Assembly: GCA_964522325.1 (NCBI GenBank)
Contig: CAZFVO010000001.1
Coordinates: 3,394 to 67,393 of the forward strand
Origin: an uncultured archaeon
GTDB taxonomy: Archaea; Halobacteriota; Archaeoglobi; Archaeoglobales; Archaeoglobaceae
Length of the DNA: 64,000 nucleotides
Reading direction: 5' to 3'
In this document: in pieces, positions 62,779-64,000 of the stretch
Layout: every line of letters starts with the position of its first letter
Numbering within the stretch: the stretch's first letter is position 1
Notes under the pieces: model-generated
The model's database searches: none
What the model was told of the DNA's origin: nothing
The model's input: the letters and a program-made list of their open reading frames with translations, nothing else
Program-made: the position numbers and the translations under genes

Positions 62779-63372
62779 CTAACGCTTGCACAACTTCACA
62801 AAATTCTCAACAATTCTCAAGCCTACCTTTCCACTTTTCTCTGGATGGAACTGAAATCCAATAAAGTTATCTTTAGATATCGCAGAAGTGAACTCTATCC
62901 CGTATTCAGTTTTAGTTAGTACAAACTTTTCATCGGTAACGAAGTGATACGAGTGAACGAAGTAGACGAAGCTACCATCCTCAATACCATCCAATATTTC
63001 GTGATCCCTCATGATCTTGATTTGATTCCATCCCATGTGCGGAATTTTACCAACCCAATCTGGAAACCTCACAACTCTACCAGGTATTACATTCAAACCC
63101 TTATGTAAACCACCTTCCTCACTCTCTGTAGCGAACAACTGCATTCCCAAGCATATACCTAAAACTGGTACATCAGCATTTGTAATCAAGTGTGAGTAAG
63201 GTTTAAGATTTTCCATAGCAGATTTAAAAGCTCCAACACCCGGTAAAACAATTCCGTTAGCATTTTCAATCTCTTTTGGGTTGCTCGTAACCTTTGCATC
63301 TCCTCCTACATGATTTATGGCTTTACTTATGCTTTTTAGGTTGCCAACGCCGTAATTCACTATCGCGATCAC
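62779..63372 (-). CDS. hisH: Imidazole glycerol phosphate synthase, glutamine amidotransferase subunit
   Basis: IAIVNYGVGNL.S, LPGVGAF, GICLGMQ, catalytic HSY...FHPEKS. Confidence 0.95.
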   Translation of the reverse strand: MIAIVNYGVGNLKSISKAINHVGGDAKVTSNPKEIENANGIVLPGVGAFKSAMENLKPYSHLITNADVPVLGICLGMQLFATESEEGGLHKGLNVIPGRVVRFPDWVGKIPHMGWNQIKIMRDHEILDGIEDGSFVYFVHSYHFVTDEKFVLTKTEYGIEFTSAISKDNFIGFQFHPEKSGKVGLRIVENFVKLCKR

Positions 63373-63452
63373 ATGCGTTGCGACACAACTCGATTGAAAA
63401 GCTTAGCGAAACGGAAAGCTTTATTTAACCCTCGATACCTTCAAGCATTAAG

Positions 63453-63788
63453 ATGCGTTGTAAACTTGAATCCGAAAGTTTAAGGTTAGCAAATGTGATA
63501 TACGGAAGACTGCTGTCGAAGTGCAGAGTGAAAGATCTGATGAAAATGGTCAGAGAGAATCCAAGTGCAAACGTTTACATAATTGTATCGAGAAGCGATC
63601 CGCTTAGTGTGGAAATAAAAATTGATAGAAACGGGAATTATAGATATGAGAACGGCGAAAGACTTGTGATACCTGTACCAAAGAGGTTTGCTGTTCTTGA
63701 GCCCGATGAGAATTACTTCAGGCAAACGCTTAGGGCGAACATATTTTTGGCTGTTAATGGAGCAGAAGAAAAGGAGCTACACCTATGA
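63453..63788 (+). CDS. Hypothetical protein (111 aa)
   Basis: ORF track entry. ATGA start/stop overlap with the next ORF suggests translational coupling. No motif recognised. Confidence 0.5.
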   Translation: MRCKLESESLRLANVIYGRLLSKCRVKDLMKMVRENPSANVYIIVSRSDPLSVEIKIDRNGNYRYENGERLVIPVPKRFAVLEPDENYFRQTLRANIFLAVNGAEEKELHL

Positions 63789-64000
63789 TATGTGAGAAGT
63801 GTGGTGGAAAGGGATACATCGAAATTGAGGAGGATTGTAAGGTTTGCGGTGGAACTGGGAAGTCTAAGAGTTTTGATCCAAAGATAACTGCTGAGCTTTC
63901 AAAGGAACAACTTGAAATGTTTCTAAAGGGGATATGCGGTGTTTGCAAGGGTACTGGAAAGGTCAGGAGGTTGATTGTCTGTAACGAATGTAAGGGTACT
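63785..64000 (+). CDS. Partial ORF (runs off the right edge) with DnaJ-type CxxCxGxG zinc-finger repeats and no visible J domain
   Basis: Own translation: MICEKCGGKGYIEIEEDCKVCGGTGKSKSFDPKITAELSKEQLEMFLKGICGVCKGTGKVRRLIVCNECKGT... Confidence 0.6.
   Translation, partial: MICEKCGGKGYIEIEEDCKVCGGTGKSKSFDPKITAELSKEQLEMFLKGICGVCKGTGKVRRLIVCNECKGT

Overview
This window reads as a chromosomal core region of a hyperthermophilic euryarchaeon. The taxon call is inference only: Archaeoglobus-like, based on a split rpoB (B''/B'), a Vht-type membrane [NiFe] hydrogenase with a cytochrome b subunit, methenyl-H4MPT cyclohydrolase, archaeal-type SAM synthetase, Top6A, aTrm56 and GGGP synthase. No database search was possible. 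The window is densely coded, with about 75 protein genes. These include the S13-S4-S11-RpoD cluster, the rpoH-rpoB''-rpoB'-rpoA'-rpoA''-L30e-NusA-S12-S7-EF2 cluster, the vhtGACD-like hydrogenase operon, scattered his genes (hisG, hisD, hisH), aspS, mvk, purF, guaA-B, the archaeal shikimate entry enzymes (ADH synthase and DHQ synthase II), three adenylate-forming CoA ligases, SRP54, TatC and archaemetzincin. There are nine intron-less tRNA genes: Thr-CGU, Val-GAC, Thr-UGU, Phe-GAA, Ile-GAU, Lys-UUU, Arg-GCG, Gly-CCC. I saw no rRNA, CRISPR array or recognisable transposase or integrase. The most useful signals not explained by the ORF track are: (1) three canonical box C/D sRNAs on the minus strand, one of which is embedded in the last codons of the hydrogenase maturation protease gene; (2) a GC-rich, hairpin-rich non-coding segment of about 280 nt (36140..36420) carrying a K-turn-like motif; (3) several decay or frameshift signatures, namely a split acyl-CoA ligase, a degraded response-regulator/FIST-histidine-kinase locus, an interrupted ORF at the left edge, and a radical-SAM-like protein whose third cluster cysteine is an arginine one transition away from Cys; (4) an AT-rich orphan-ORF islet next to tRNA-Ile; (5) a bacterial-type SpoVG homologue. 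I found no clear-cut novel multi-gene system such as a defence island. Every functional call rests on motif recognition from memory and should be confirmed by homology search.
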